A stretch of 57,180 nt of DNA, taken from the IMG/VR virus record IMGVR_UViG_3300032282_004138, positions 1 to 57,180 of that record; one strand, written 5' to 3'. The DNA is from a virus (Duplodnaviria; Caudoviricetes). The notes below the pieces were generated by a model that worked only from the letters and a program-made list of their open reading frames with translations, did not search any database and was not told where the DNA came from. The position numbers and the translations under genes were made by a program. This document shows positions 37,083 through 47,400 of the stretch, piece by piece. The first letter of the stretch is position 1, and each line of letters starts with the position of its first letter.

Positions 37083-40000
37083 ACCGGTGTAACTTTTATG
37101 TTAAATGATATTTCTCCTTTATTAGTATGAAAACTTATTTTTTTATTATAAAAACCTGTAACGGATGGTGTATTAAATTTCACAATTGTTGATTTACCAA
37201 ATAATATTGGTTTTTTATTGTCATTTACTAAAGTAATTTCATTTCCCCCAGCATCTGTAACACCATCACCACAACTAATATTTGCGATTATTAAAGGTGT
37301 GGTATCATTATTTAAAAGAGTTATGTTAATAGGGGCTTTACTTCCTTTTGCAATTGTAGCATTTATTTCAGTTAAAGTAGTGCCACCACCAGAATTAAAT
37401 ATAATTTTACCTGAAACTGGTTGACCGGCTTTTACTGCTATAGGTGTGGTTGCTGCTCCGGCCGGAGCAGCCGGTGTTTCACTAGCACTCTTATCTTCTG
37501 CTGGAGCTGAAAGTGCATCTTCTGTACCCGTAATACAAGATCCACCTATACCTGTATTATTAGGGCTTTTATTTAAGAACGGGGTTGGGTTTATATCTGT
37601 ACCTCCTGATGTACCTGCCTCTCCACTTGGAGCAAAAATAAATCCGTTAGCTTTATCACTTCTATGTACTTCATAGTGTAAATGTAGTCCAGTGTTATAA
37701 TTACGTGTACCGTCATCTTTACAACAATTTGGCCAAACAGCTTCACCTACTTTATCACCTTTTTTAACAATAGCATTTTCAGCCACAGATGGGTTACAAT
37801 GTCCGTAAACTGTAAAATAAAAATATCCGTCTGAAAAAGGTTTATTACCATTATCAAGTCCGTGTCTTATAATAATAACACCTCCATTTGGTGGTGCTCC
37901 AAACCCACCACCACTTCCGGCTCTTATTACAGTACCGTCATAGGCCGCAAATACAGGTACTGGTCCAGCTGGTTTAGATGTACCAGCAGTAACACCCTCT
38001 TCTCCGTTTGCAACAGCAGTATTGTTAGGTACTACACCAAATCCAATGTCAACAGCGTTGTGAAAGTCTCCTTTTCCTCCTTTTTTTCTAAATCCATATT
38101 GACTGTTAATTCTTGGTACGTTATCACAAGAAACTGGGTTAGCAAATAACTGTAAAATAGTGTTATCTATTACAGGTGCTTTTTCAGCCGGATAACCACC
38201 TGAATTAGCGGTACCACCGATAATATTTGTAATAGATCCTGCACCACTAATAGTTGTAATTGACCCTGTACCAGTACCTTTAACACCTTTAAAAGAAATA
38301 TTCATAGCCAAAGCTACATCAGTAACTACAGGCACAGTTGCTTTTGGTTGTCTTACACCTTTAAATGTTGTTGTAGAATTATTAGGTTTAAAATTGTGTC
38401 TAACTTCAGTTATTAGGTAAGCTCCATTAAACATAGGTACACCAATTAAATCAAAATAAGTCATTGGCTGAATCATCATGTTACCTAAAGATTCAATTGT
38501 ACAAGTATAAGAACGTGTTAAATAAGCTGCATTTAAGTTTTGTCCTTTTGAAGTTTGATCATTACCACCTTGTTGTGATAACTTATCAATAACCAATAAT
38601 GATTCTGCAGTTTCACTAAACTCTGATTGGTCTAATTGAATATTTTTAAAATGGTTTTGGTTTTCAAGACCGTATACAACTCTAAATGCCGTATAACCGT
38701 TACTACCTTTATCACCCCTACTATCAGTTATTTTAGGGTCAGCTATTTCACTAGGTAAATTTCCGTCACTAAAAGAAAAACCGTCGTCTTCAATATTGTC
38801 TAAAACTTCTTGGTCGATTGGACAATTTGCTGTGAATTTAAATTTTAATTGTCTAGATCCACCACCCACATACATACATAAAAATAATGGACCACAACTA
38901 ATATCCTTAACATCTAATAAAGAAGGTCTAAACATATCTTTTAAATCTTCTCCACTAACACCCTTACCTGTTAAATTAACGTAAGTAGGTAAGGGGAAGA
39001 ATAAATATTCATTATCTACTAATAAATCTGAAATGTATTGATATAAACTTATTTTAAGATTATCTCGTAGTTCATTTAATTTTGTAATATCAATAACAGC
39101 CAAATCACCTATATCACCCATAACCCTATTTACATATTGGAAGTGTGCTGCTAAAGTTGTTCTTTTTCCGGTACCAGTACCGTTATTACCACAAGAACCT
39201 CTACCGTCAGAAGCATTGGTTATGTTAAAAAACAATCGTCCTTTGTCAGAAGATGAAATCCATTTATCGGTTAAAGATTTAAAAACTCTATATAAACCTA
39301 ACTTTGTATCATCATCATCTAATATTGTATCACCTAAACCACCATTTTCATTTTTACCTTGGTCTTCTAATTCTTTTTTTCTTTTTTCTTTGGCTTCTTT
39401 ATAAGTGGCTAAAAAATTTTTTAAATATTTATTAAACTGTCCTTCACTCACAACAAACCCATCTTCATAAAATTGATTGGTTGGGTCATTATTTACCCCT
39501 CCGGTTTTACCATATCCATACCATATCTTTGGTGTAGAATTTAAAATCCAATATTGTTTATTAAGTAAATCGGTTAATGGTTGTTGGTCCGGTTTTAAAG
39601 CCAAAACATACGCACCGTCAAATTTAGGATTATTTAAAAAATCTTGTTGAAATGCTGGTGAATCTGTATTATTTTTACCACCCTGATAACTATATGAAGT
39701 TGTTAATGAACCATTTGTTTTAAAATTAACTGGATCTACTATCGGTAGTATTGTATTTTTCCATTCTGAAGTTGCCCAATCTTCAAATTTATCCACAATC
39801 ATATCTTTTACATCATCATTTAAGTATTGTATAATCATACCTAAATTACCGTCTTCATATTTTGACCTGTGAGAATATTCATCTATAGCGTTGCCACTAT
39901 CATTAATACCCACAGTTGCAGCAGGGTCTATCGTACCCTCATAATATTCACCACCTGTGAAAGTCTCAGGCATTATTGTGATATAATCTTGTTTTCCAAT

Positions 40001-43000
40001 CCAATTGTCTGTCACCATAGTAAATGCAGAACCCTCACCGTTTGTTGAGTCATACCATGTATTTGGTGAGATGTATGGTATATGATGTGGTGCTATATAA
40101 GTTTGTGGCCAAGAATATTTATCTAAAGGATCTAAAGTAGTTTCATTAATTAGATATTTACCTATACCACCCACACTATTACTGTATAAATTATAATACC
40201 CAAAAACAATCGTATCATCACCTTCATTTATTTCACCACCACCTGGGTAAGAGAAATATGATCCTTCAGTATAATATTGATAACTAGCGGAAAATACTGA
40301 TTTATATTTAAAAGGGTTTGCTGTTATATTATAAATTTTGTTTAAATAATTGTTGTTAACATTATTTCTAAAATCATAATCACTGTCATCAACTCGGAAT
40401 CGAAGCTTTGAGTCAAAAGAATTAAAACCTGGTTGTACTAAAGGATCTTTTCCGTTAGGGGTTTGACCTTGGTTACATTTTATACATGTTAATGGTTTTT
40501 TCCAATCCCCTTTTTGGGAACCTGTAAATTCTCTCCATCTCCAAAGTTGAGCTCCTAAAGTTAATAACCAAGCTTTTGGTACTTTGGCTATACCTCCTGA
40601 ATTGTTAAAAGCTTTTAAAGCCCATATAATACTGTCAGTACCAATAGTTGCGTTAGCGGGGTTTCCGTAAGCTAAATAACCGTTACTGTCCGTTAATCTA
40701 GTAATTAACGGTGTTGTTTTTATCGAATGTAAAAATAAATAAGCTAAATTTTTAGCTTCATCATCTGGGTTTAATCCTCCGGTTTCGTTTAGGCCATAAC
40801 CACTTCTTCGTCCCCTAAAACTATTTACATTATCTAACCAAAGAGGTGTGGTAACTAATGGTGTCCCAACACCACCATCACCGACTAAACTTTGTTTTGG
40901 GTTAATAGCTGGTGTTAATTCAATATTATCAGACCCAGATGTACCACCCTCGGGTAATTTTATTTTTTGGTCAGTAAGTGTAAAAAATTCACTATTCCAT
41001 ACTTTTTGGTATTTAGTAGATGCGACATCATAAGCTGCGGTTGTAGTTAAAAAACTAATTAGGTTTGGTGTTTTATCAGTAGCAATATAGTCGTTCCAAA
41101 AAGTAATCATACCCATATTTGATACAAATGAGCCTCCAGGGCTTATAGCACCAGCATTGTAACCATTATCACCATGAGAAGCGGTTGTCCACCAATTACT
41201 AAATTTTGGGTCATTTTTAGAAAAAACCATAGCCAAAGTTGTGTAAAACTGTAAGGTATCAAAAGATATTATCTGTTGATTTTTTTCCCACCCAACTAAC
41301 TTATCTGGAAAGTTAGGTTTACCTGGTTGATAGGAATTACTACCAAAAACAATATCATTAGTCTCAGCTATAAGTTTATCATGATATGTGTCGACTACTG
41401 TTGTAAAATCCGGATTACTTAAAGTAATTTTTTTATTTATGACAGTAGTGTCAATTTCTGGATCAATTATTTTAATTAAATACTTTGAATCCATGTTAAA
41501 AGGGTTGGGTTTAACTGTTATATTCCCTGCCTTTGTTGTTTTTATTACTATACCATCATCTGTTGTTTTAAAAACGTAGTATTTATCTGTAGCCACATAC
41601 CCTGGATCAGTTAAAGAAGTGAATTCAGTAGTATCTAATTTCCCTATTGAAGTTGCAACAACACCTTCTTTCCATACTTTACCTTCCCCTAAAGCAGTTT
41701 TTATTCTTTTAATAAAAGCGTCTTCACTTAAACCGTTAGAAATGTAACCGTCTAACGCTTTTTGATTATCCATAGCATTAACTAAATTCCATGCATCAAC
41801 TTTAGCTATTTGTGCTAAAAAATTATCGTTTACATCAATATTCTTAGAGTTAAGTGGGGTCCAATTTGAATTACCTATTTTTGGTATTTTTATACTGTCT
41901 GGTGTTAATCTTATTGGTTGAAATAAAGTATGATCTAAACTTAAAAATAACCTTTCACCAACTACTAAATCTATATCTGGTGTAGCGGTTAATCCGAAAT
42001 ATTTTATGGGTGATGTACTACCGTCTTCCCAATATTGAGATTCTAAAGGGTTTATCGGTACAAAATTATCGTATCCAGGTTTACCTTCTGTTTTTTCATT
42101 TAAAACATCAATATCATCTTGGAATTCTAAAAATGCTTTGATAAAATCTTCAACAAATATAACTTCAGGCCATGTAGGGAATTTAGAACCGGGATAAACC
42201 TCCTTAGTACCTTGTTGTGCACTGGCTCCACCGATAGATTTTTTTTGAACAAAAGTTTTTTCTAAGTAAGTTGGCCAAGGATATACTTTTTTACCACCAT
42301 CAGGCTTTTTAGCATTAGAAGATAGTATTTCAGACGTTCCTTGGGACGGTGTTGTATATATTTTTAAATCTTCTTTGTTATGGAATTCTTCTGCTCTAAT
42401 AGCCACGTTTAAAAGTATTTCCATAAAAGCGTCTGTATTACATAAAAGAACTGTAAATATATTTCTAATTGTTGGTTTAAACCCTATACTTTCAGTTACA
42501 ATATCATTAACCGCATTTATGACTTCTCTTCTTTTTACTGTTAAAATACCTGTTTCAGAATTATTTAATAAATCTAATTCTCTTCTAATATCAGCAATTA
42601 TATAACCCAAGTCCAACACCCCACTTAAAGTACCTGATTGTCTTGCTTGTTCGTTAGTAACTTCAGCACCTTCGTTTTCTATTGGTGGGTAATCCAGTAA
42701 ATTAAGAAGGCCTATCATCCAAGGTTGTTTATTTAACTCAGTATCGTTATATAAAGGATATGTTTTTTGTACAGTATTAAATTGTGTGGGGTCACTAACT
42801 AAACATTTTATTGGTTTACCTTGAGCTTGGGTGTATTCATAAACACTTTGTGTACCTATTTTTCTATCAGGACCTAAAATATTTATAATAACATTAGCTA
42901 AAAGACCTTTTGTACCATCAGTACTGTCTGTTTTATTAAAATAATTATATAAAATACCACCGTCTTTTTTGGTTAAATTAAAGGCTTGTTCAGAGGTTGT

Positions 43001-44104
43001 AGTATAAAACCTTAGCGGTTGTCCACTAACACTTAAGTCAGTAGATAAAGTGCTTTCTCGTTGGGATGGTAATGCCGTTTCTAGTTCAGAAACTAAATTT
43101 GTAACTAAATTTAAGTAGTCTCTGTAAGCGGATTCTAACTCTATTAATTGACTTAGTTCTTCGTATTCAGTACTGCCTACAATTTTAGGTTTTTGATCTA
43201 ATTCAAAAGTTTTTAATGAATTTAATAAATCATATATTGTTGTACATTTTCTTTTTGTTTGGGATTTTACGTTACCACACCAAGGACTTCCTGTTGTTCC
43301 GGGGTCACCGTCAATAACTAAATTATTAGCCTCATAAAATTCTTTTGTTATCTTATATTTTTCTTCTAATATTTGTTGTGGGTGATACGTATCTTCTTTT
43401 AATTTTTGAGAGGCTTGTACGTAACTAACAATAGTATCCGAAAGAAAAGCAAATGTATAACCAATAAATTCAGCTCTACATTCCATATTACCAGTGTCAG
43501 AATTAAACTTAGTATTAAATTTAACTAAATTTAAATAATAATTTACGGCTTTACCGTAATAGCCCTTCACTGTTAATTCAAAAATAGGGTATGGTAAATT
43601 AAAAAATAATCCGTATGGTGAACAAGAACCTTGTTCAAATAAAGTAGCACCACGAATGTCAACAAAATCTATTACAACTTTAGGCGCTGTTTGACTTTTA
43701 ATTTCAATATCAATATTAGTTATCCCAAAACCTTCGTAATCTACACCTAATTTATCATTAGGACTTCTCCAACCACCAATTTCTGTCCAATCAGTTGTTA
43801 ATGTAGGTTTTGTTTTAAATAAAGTATTACCCGGTATTGATTCTACCGCAACATGTGGTACAGTAAACTTAATATCATTTCTAACGGTTGTGGTTGGTTT
43901 TACTCCCTCGTTTGTTGATGTTAAAATGGTTTTACTTTTTTGTCTAGCGGTTAAACTAACATAAATAAAAAGGTCTTCATGTGGCACGGTTTCACCAATT
44001 GGATTTGGTTCTAAAATTCTAACTCCGTTAGTGTCATTTAATGTTGGTTGTCCTGTTTTAGGGTCAACAAAATAAGGTGTAAATTCACTTCTTGTATAAG
44101 ACAT
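37079..44104 (-). CDS. Giant baseplate hub / tail-associated lysin with M23 peptidase and DUF1573-like C-terminus
   Basis: Hub-like ends (FGITNIDI...FVDIRG; CTIESLGNMMIQPMTYF...FNGAYLITEVRH); M23 motifs HNAVD, VYGH, HLHYEV, INP; follows gp53/LysM. Confidence 0.8.
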   Translation of the reverse strand: MSYTRSEFTPYFVDPKTGQPTLNDTNGVRILEPNPIGETVPHEDLFIYVSLTARQKSKTILTSTNEGVKPTTTVRNDIKFTVPHVAVESIPGNTLFKTKPTLTTDWTEIGGWRSPNDKLGVDYEGFGITNIDIEIKSQTAPKVVIDFVDIRGATLFEQGSCSPYGLFFNLPYPIFELTVKGYYGKAVNYYLNLVKFNTKFNSDTGNMECRAEFIGYTFAFLSDTIVSYVQASQKLKEDTYHPQQILEEKYKITKEFYEANNLVIDGDPGTTGSPWCGNVKSQTKRKCTTIYDLLNSLKTFELDQKPKIVGSTEYEELSQLIELESAYRDYLNLVTNLVSELETALPSQRESTLSTDLSVSGQPLRFYTTTSEQAFNLTKKDGGILYNYFNKTDSTDGTKGLLANVIINILGPDRKIGTQSVYEYTQAQGKPIKCLVSDPTQFNTVQKTYPLYNDTELNKQPWMIGLLNLLDYPPIENEGAEVTNEQARQSGTLSGVLDLGYIIADIRRELDLLNNSETGILTVKRREVINAVNDIVTESIGFKPTIRNIFTVLLCNTDAFMEILLNVAIRAEEFHNKEDLKIYTTPSQGTSEILSSNAKKPDGGKKVYPWPTYLEKTFVQKKSIGGASAQQGTKEVYPGSKFPTWPEVIFVEDFIKAFLEFQDDIDVLNEKTEGKPGYDNFVPINPLESQYWEDGSTSPIKYFGLTATPDIDLVVGERLFLSLDHTLFQPIRLTPDSIKIPKIGNSNWTPLNSKNIDVNDNFLAQIAKVDAWNLVNAMDNQKALDGYISNGLSEDAFIKRIKTALGEGKVWKEGVVATSIGKLDTTEFTSLTDPGYVATDKYYVFKTTDDGIVIKTTKAGNITVKPNPFNMDSKYLIKIIDPEIDTTVINKKITLSNPDFTTVVDTYHDKLIAETNDIVFGSNSYQPGKPNFPDKLVGWEKNQQIISFDTLQFYTTLAMVFSKNDPKFSNWWTTASHGDNGYNAGAISPGGSFVSNMGMITFWNDYIATDKTPNLISFLTTTAAYDVASTKYQKVWNSEFFTLTDQKIKLPEGGTSGSDNIELTPAINPKQSLVGDGGVGTPLVTTPLWLDNVNSFRGRRSGYGLNETGGLNPDDEAKNLAYLFLHSIKTTPLITRLTDSNGYLAYGNPANATIGTDSIIWALKAFNNSGGIAKVPKAWLLTLGAQLWRWREFTGSQKGDWKKPLTCIKCNQGQTPNGKDPLVQPGFNSFDSKLRFRVDDSDYDFRNNVNNNYLNKIYNITANPFKYKSVFSASYQYYTEGSYFSYPGGGEINEGDDTIVFGYYNLYSNSVGGIGKYLINETTLDPLDKYSWPQTYIAPHHIPYISPNTWYDSTNGEGSAFTMVTDNWIGKQDYITIMPETFTGGEYYEGTIDPAATVGINDSGNAIDEYSHRSKYEDGNLGMIIQYLNDDVKDMIVDKFEDWATSEWKNTILPIVDPVNFKTNGSLTTSYSYQGGKNNTDSPAFQQDFLNNPKFDGAYVLALKPDQQPLTDLLNKQYWILNSTPKIWYGYGKTGGVNNDPTNQFYEDGFVVSEGQFNKYLKNFLATYKEAKEKRKKELEDQGKNENGGLGDTILDDDDTKLGLYRVFKSLTDKWISSSDKGRLFFNITNASDGRGSCGNNGTGTGKRTTLAAHFQYVNRVMGDIGDLAVIDITKLNELRDNLKISLYQYISDLLVDNEYLFFPLPTYVNLTGKGVSGEDLKDMFRPSLLDVKDISCGPLFLCMYVGGGSRQLKFKFTANCPIDQEVLDNIEDDGFSFSDGNLPSEIADPKITDSRGDKGSNGYTAFRVVYGLENQNHFKNIQLDQSEFSETAESLLVIDKLSQQGGNDQTSKGQNLNAAYLTRSYTCTIESLGNMMIQPMTYFDLIGVPMFNGAYLITEVRHNFKPNNSTTTFKGVRQPKATVPVVTDVALAMNISFKGVKGTGTGSITTISGAGSITNIIGGTANSGGYPAEKAPVIDNTILQLFANPVSCDNVPRINSQYGFRKKGGKGDFHNAVDIGFGVVPNNTAVANGEEGVTAGTSKPAGPVPVFAAYDGTVIRAGSGGGFGAPPNGGVIIIRHGLDNGNKPFSDGYFYFTVYGHCNPSVAENAIVKKGDKVGEAVWPNCCKDDGTRNYNTGLHLHYEVHRSDKANGFIFAPSGEAGTSGGTDINPTPFLNKSPNNTGIGGSCITGTEDALSAPAEDKSASETPAAPAGAATTPIAVKAGQPVSGKIIFNSGGGTTLTEINATIAKGSKAPINITLLNNDTTPLIIANISCGDGVTDAGGNEITLVNDNKKPILFGKSTIVKFNTPSVTGFYNKKISFHTNKGEISFNIKVTPV

Positions 44105-44106
44105 TA

Positions 44107-44436
44107 TTAATCATCAATTTTATATAAAATATTATAGTTACTTACTCCTTGTTGATAATCTTGTAAGGCACTAATTAATGGGTATGGTACTCTAACTATA
44201 GCTCCATCGGGAATATCAAATTCCAATCCACCGTATTGTGGATTTGCTTGCATTATTAACCAACCGTAGTATGGTGTACCATAATAGGTGTTTGAAACAA
44301 TGTCAAGTCTTGTTCTATTACTTTTATATTGGATTGTAATGTCTGTTGTTCTATTATTTATTTTAATAAAAGGTAATACTTTTATTTGGTTATTAACCCT
44401 AAAATCTTGATATCTATCGTAATATTGTCTTGCCAT
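44107..44436 (-). CDS. LysM-like baseplate wedge protein (T4 gp53 / P2 gpX-like)
   Basis: RLDIVSNTYYGTPYYGWLIMQANP...IPDGAIVRVP. Confidence 0.85.
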   Translation of the reverse strand: MARQYYDRYQDFRVNNQIKVLPFIKINNRTTDITIQYKSNRTRLDIVSNTYYGTPYYGWLIMQANPQYGGLEFDIPDGAIVRVPYPLISALQDYQQGVSNYNILYKIDD

Positions 44437-44439
44437 TTA

Positions 44440-47400
44440 TTATATTTTTACCACATTAGTTGTATTATAAGTTTTCTTTTGTCCATTAGGGAAGTTTTCT
44501 TTTTCACAAACACTAATTATGTAAGTACAATTAACGTTTGGTTCAGCGTTACCTGTAACGGTAGAATCGAACAGTGTACACCCTTTACCAGGACAATCAT
44601 CGAATGTTTGTATTATCGCATCATGTACCATAGTGTTGGTGATGTTGTCTTGATTAAAATTACCACCGTAAGCGTTACCAAGTACTGAAACAGTACCAGT
44701 ATTATCCGTAACATCAACTTCAACCCCAAGTAGAGTCCATTTTGAATCGTTTACTTGAAGTTGGACTCCACTATTATTTTTACTAATGGTTAATATACTG
44801 TCAGAAGGGTTTTCCGTACCGCTTGTTGTCGGTGGTTTACTATCACCTTCTGTAGCTTTAGTAGTTGAGTCCCCTCCAGGAGGTGTTTGTTGTATTTGAT
44901 TTTGTACGTCATTATTTTGTTCGGCCTTTTTAGGGTCAGTTGTTGTATTAGTAGATTTATCATCTTTATTTACAGCATCTGATGCAGCTTTAATTCCAGA
45001 AATTTCACCCATTTTTCGTTCTTCTTCTTTAGGTGATGCAAAAGCTCCATATATAAATTTCAATCTATTACCTGTGGTTTCTTCTAAAGGTACACTAGCT
45101 GGGTTATAAACACTTGTGTTAGCAAAGAAGTTATATGAAACAGCATTTTGTAACTGTTTAATAGGCCCACCTAATGAACTTCCACCGATAAATTTAAATC
45201 CTAAACTAACTTTAGCCAACATAGGTTGTACACCAATACCTTCAGGATTTAAATCCCACACTAAAGGTTCATAGGTGATGTTAAGACTATCTATCACAAT
45301 TTTAGTGTGATAAAAATCACCGATTCTTAAAACACAAATAGGTGGTCTACCAAACACCATGTTTTGTGGACTACTTGGATCAATAATTTGAGGCCCTTGT
45401 CTTGTACATTGTTGTAAGAATGTTAATCTTGAATTAAATCCTTCGGGTGTAATTGCGTGAAAGGCTGGATGGAAATATTTAATTTTGTCTGCAAATGATT
45501 GGTACACAAAAGGTTGTGTTCTCTTCATATCTTCAAAATATTCACATTCAGTAACAAAAGTTTTAGAAAGTATTTCAGCAGTTTTTTCTCTATTTTGACG
45601 GTCTGCTATTTGTTTTTGTTTAGCCAATTCTTTTTCTTTAGTTTGAACTTCAAGTAATAATTTAGTTTGGATGTCTAAATTTGGTACTAATGTGATTAAA
45701 GAAAATCTAAGGTTTTTAGATACGGCTGAATTTGCCTGTCCATCTTGTAACGCAGAACATGGATTACCGTCATCACATGGGTTATTACATTTTGTTATTT
45801 GGCTATTAGCTTTATCTATTATGGCCTTAACTTTAGGGTCAGTAAGTGCTATTTGATTTATGTCTTCAGTAGGTTGTCCTAGTGCTATTAAAGCGTTTTT
45901 AACTAAAGAATTAAACTGGTCTTTGGTAAGTCCTAAATCTTTCCCACTACTTTCCAATGCATCACCTATTGAAAAAGGTTTGCCTTCTACCTTCCATCTT
46001 ATATCTTGTGGGTATTCAGTTTCTTTAGGGTATGAAGGGTAATCCTTATTACCTTGAATGTTTGGAGCGTCTTTACCTTCTTCAATTTTAGTCATTAAAT
46101 CTAAAAGGTATTTTTTAGTATTGTTAGCCCTATCTGTACCCAATTTTTTATTAAAATTACTATCAGGATTATTAGGTGATGTATAGCCTAAAATCTGTAT
46201 CTGATAGTTTTTACCGTCTTCCGATACTAAAAATTCTGCTAATTTTTGTAAATCTGATTTTTTATCTTTATTTAAGTAACCATAACCATTAGTACCTGCA
46301 GGACCACAAGGATATGTGGTTGCGTCAGTATTCCATTCATTTTGGTTAACGTTAACAAGACTAGGTACTGTAACTTCGTATTTTTCTAAATCTAATTCTC
46401 TACCTATTGTGTCTGTACTTCTTCTACAGTTATCAAAATAAAGTCTAATGTTATTAGATGGTGGTGCTCCAGGGGTACAAGGTGTGATTGTAGGTATAAT
46501 AGGGTCTGGTAGTTCTTTTGATAAGTCATCGTTTTCAGGTAGATAATCAGCAAATAAATTTTTTAATGTACCATTATCACAACCAGCAAAATAAGAATTA
46601 TAACCCTCATCACCAAGTACATTTCCTTGAAATTTTTTTCTTAGTTGGTCTAAGGCAGCTGAATGGTCAACAACTATTGTCCAATCCAATGTACCACTAC
46701 GTTCAGTATGGTTATAAGTATATATAGGTTCACCTCTACCAATAAAATTTGTTGAGTCCCAATTAACAGAGGTGCTTTCACTAAAATTAATATCATATGG
46801 TGGGAACCACATTATTCTACCGTAGTTAGGGCCTATTTCACATTTCGGTAAATAAATAAATTGTGGAGCATCTTTCCAAGCTAAGTTTTCAATGGAAAAC
46901 ATATATGGAATTACTTGACCTTTTAATTTATTACTTTCTTTTATAATTCCTCTAGCCGTATCCAAACTATTCCACGCTATTTTTGGCATTCCGGTAAAAT
47001 CACCACCATGATTACCATCATAGTTCATAGTTAAAGTATCGGTTTTAATCTGGTTTCTCCACCAATTACCGTCACTTCTAACTAAATTATCCCATGTATG
47101 ATATTTTCTACGTGAAGTCCAAGAACGACAATAACTATCACCACCACTATTATTTGTAAAATCATAATTTCTAGCAACGTTACCTTTTGAAGGTCTGCTT
47201 GGTTTTTGTGTTGGTGACGATGCTCCTGTTTGATGAACACCATTTTTTAATCCTAGGGGACCTGTTGTATCGTTACCTTCTGAATCAAAATAACCTATAT
47301 ATCCTGCAGCTGACCTTAATTTTGATTTATTAACTAAATCTTGTGTATATTTTAAAAGTCCTCTTTTAAACGTATTCTCATTAGTAGCTCTCCAATCAAA

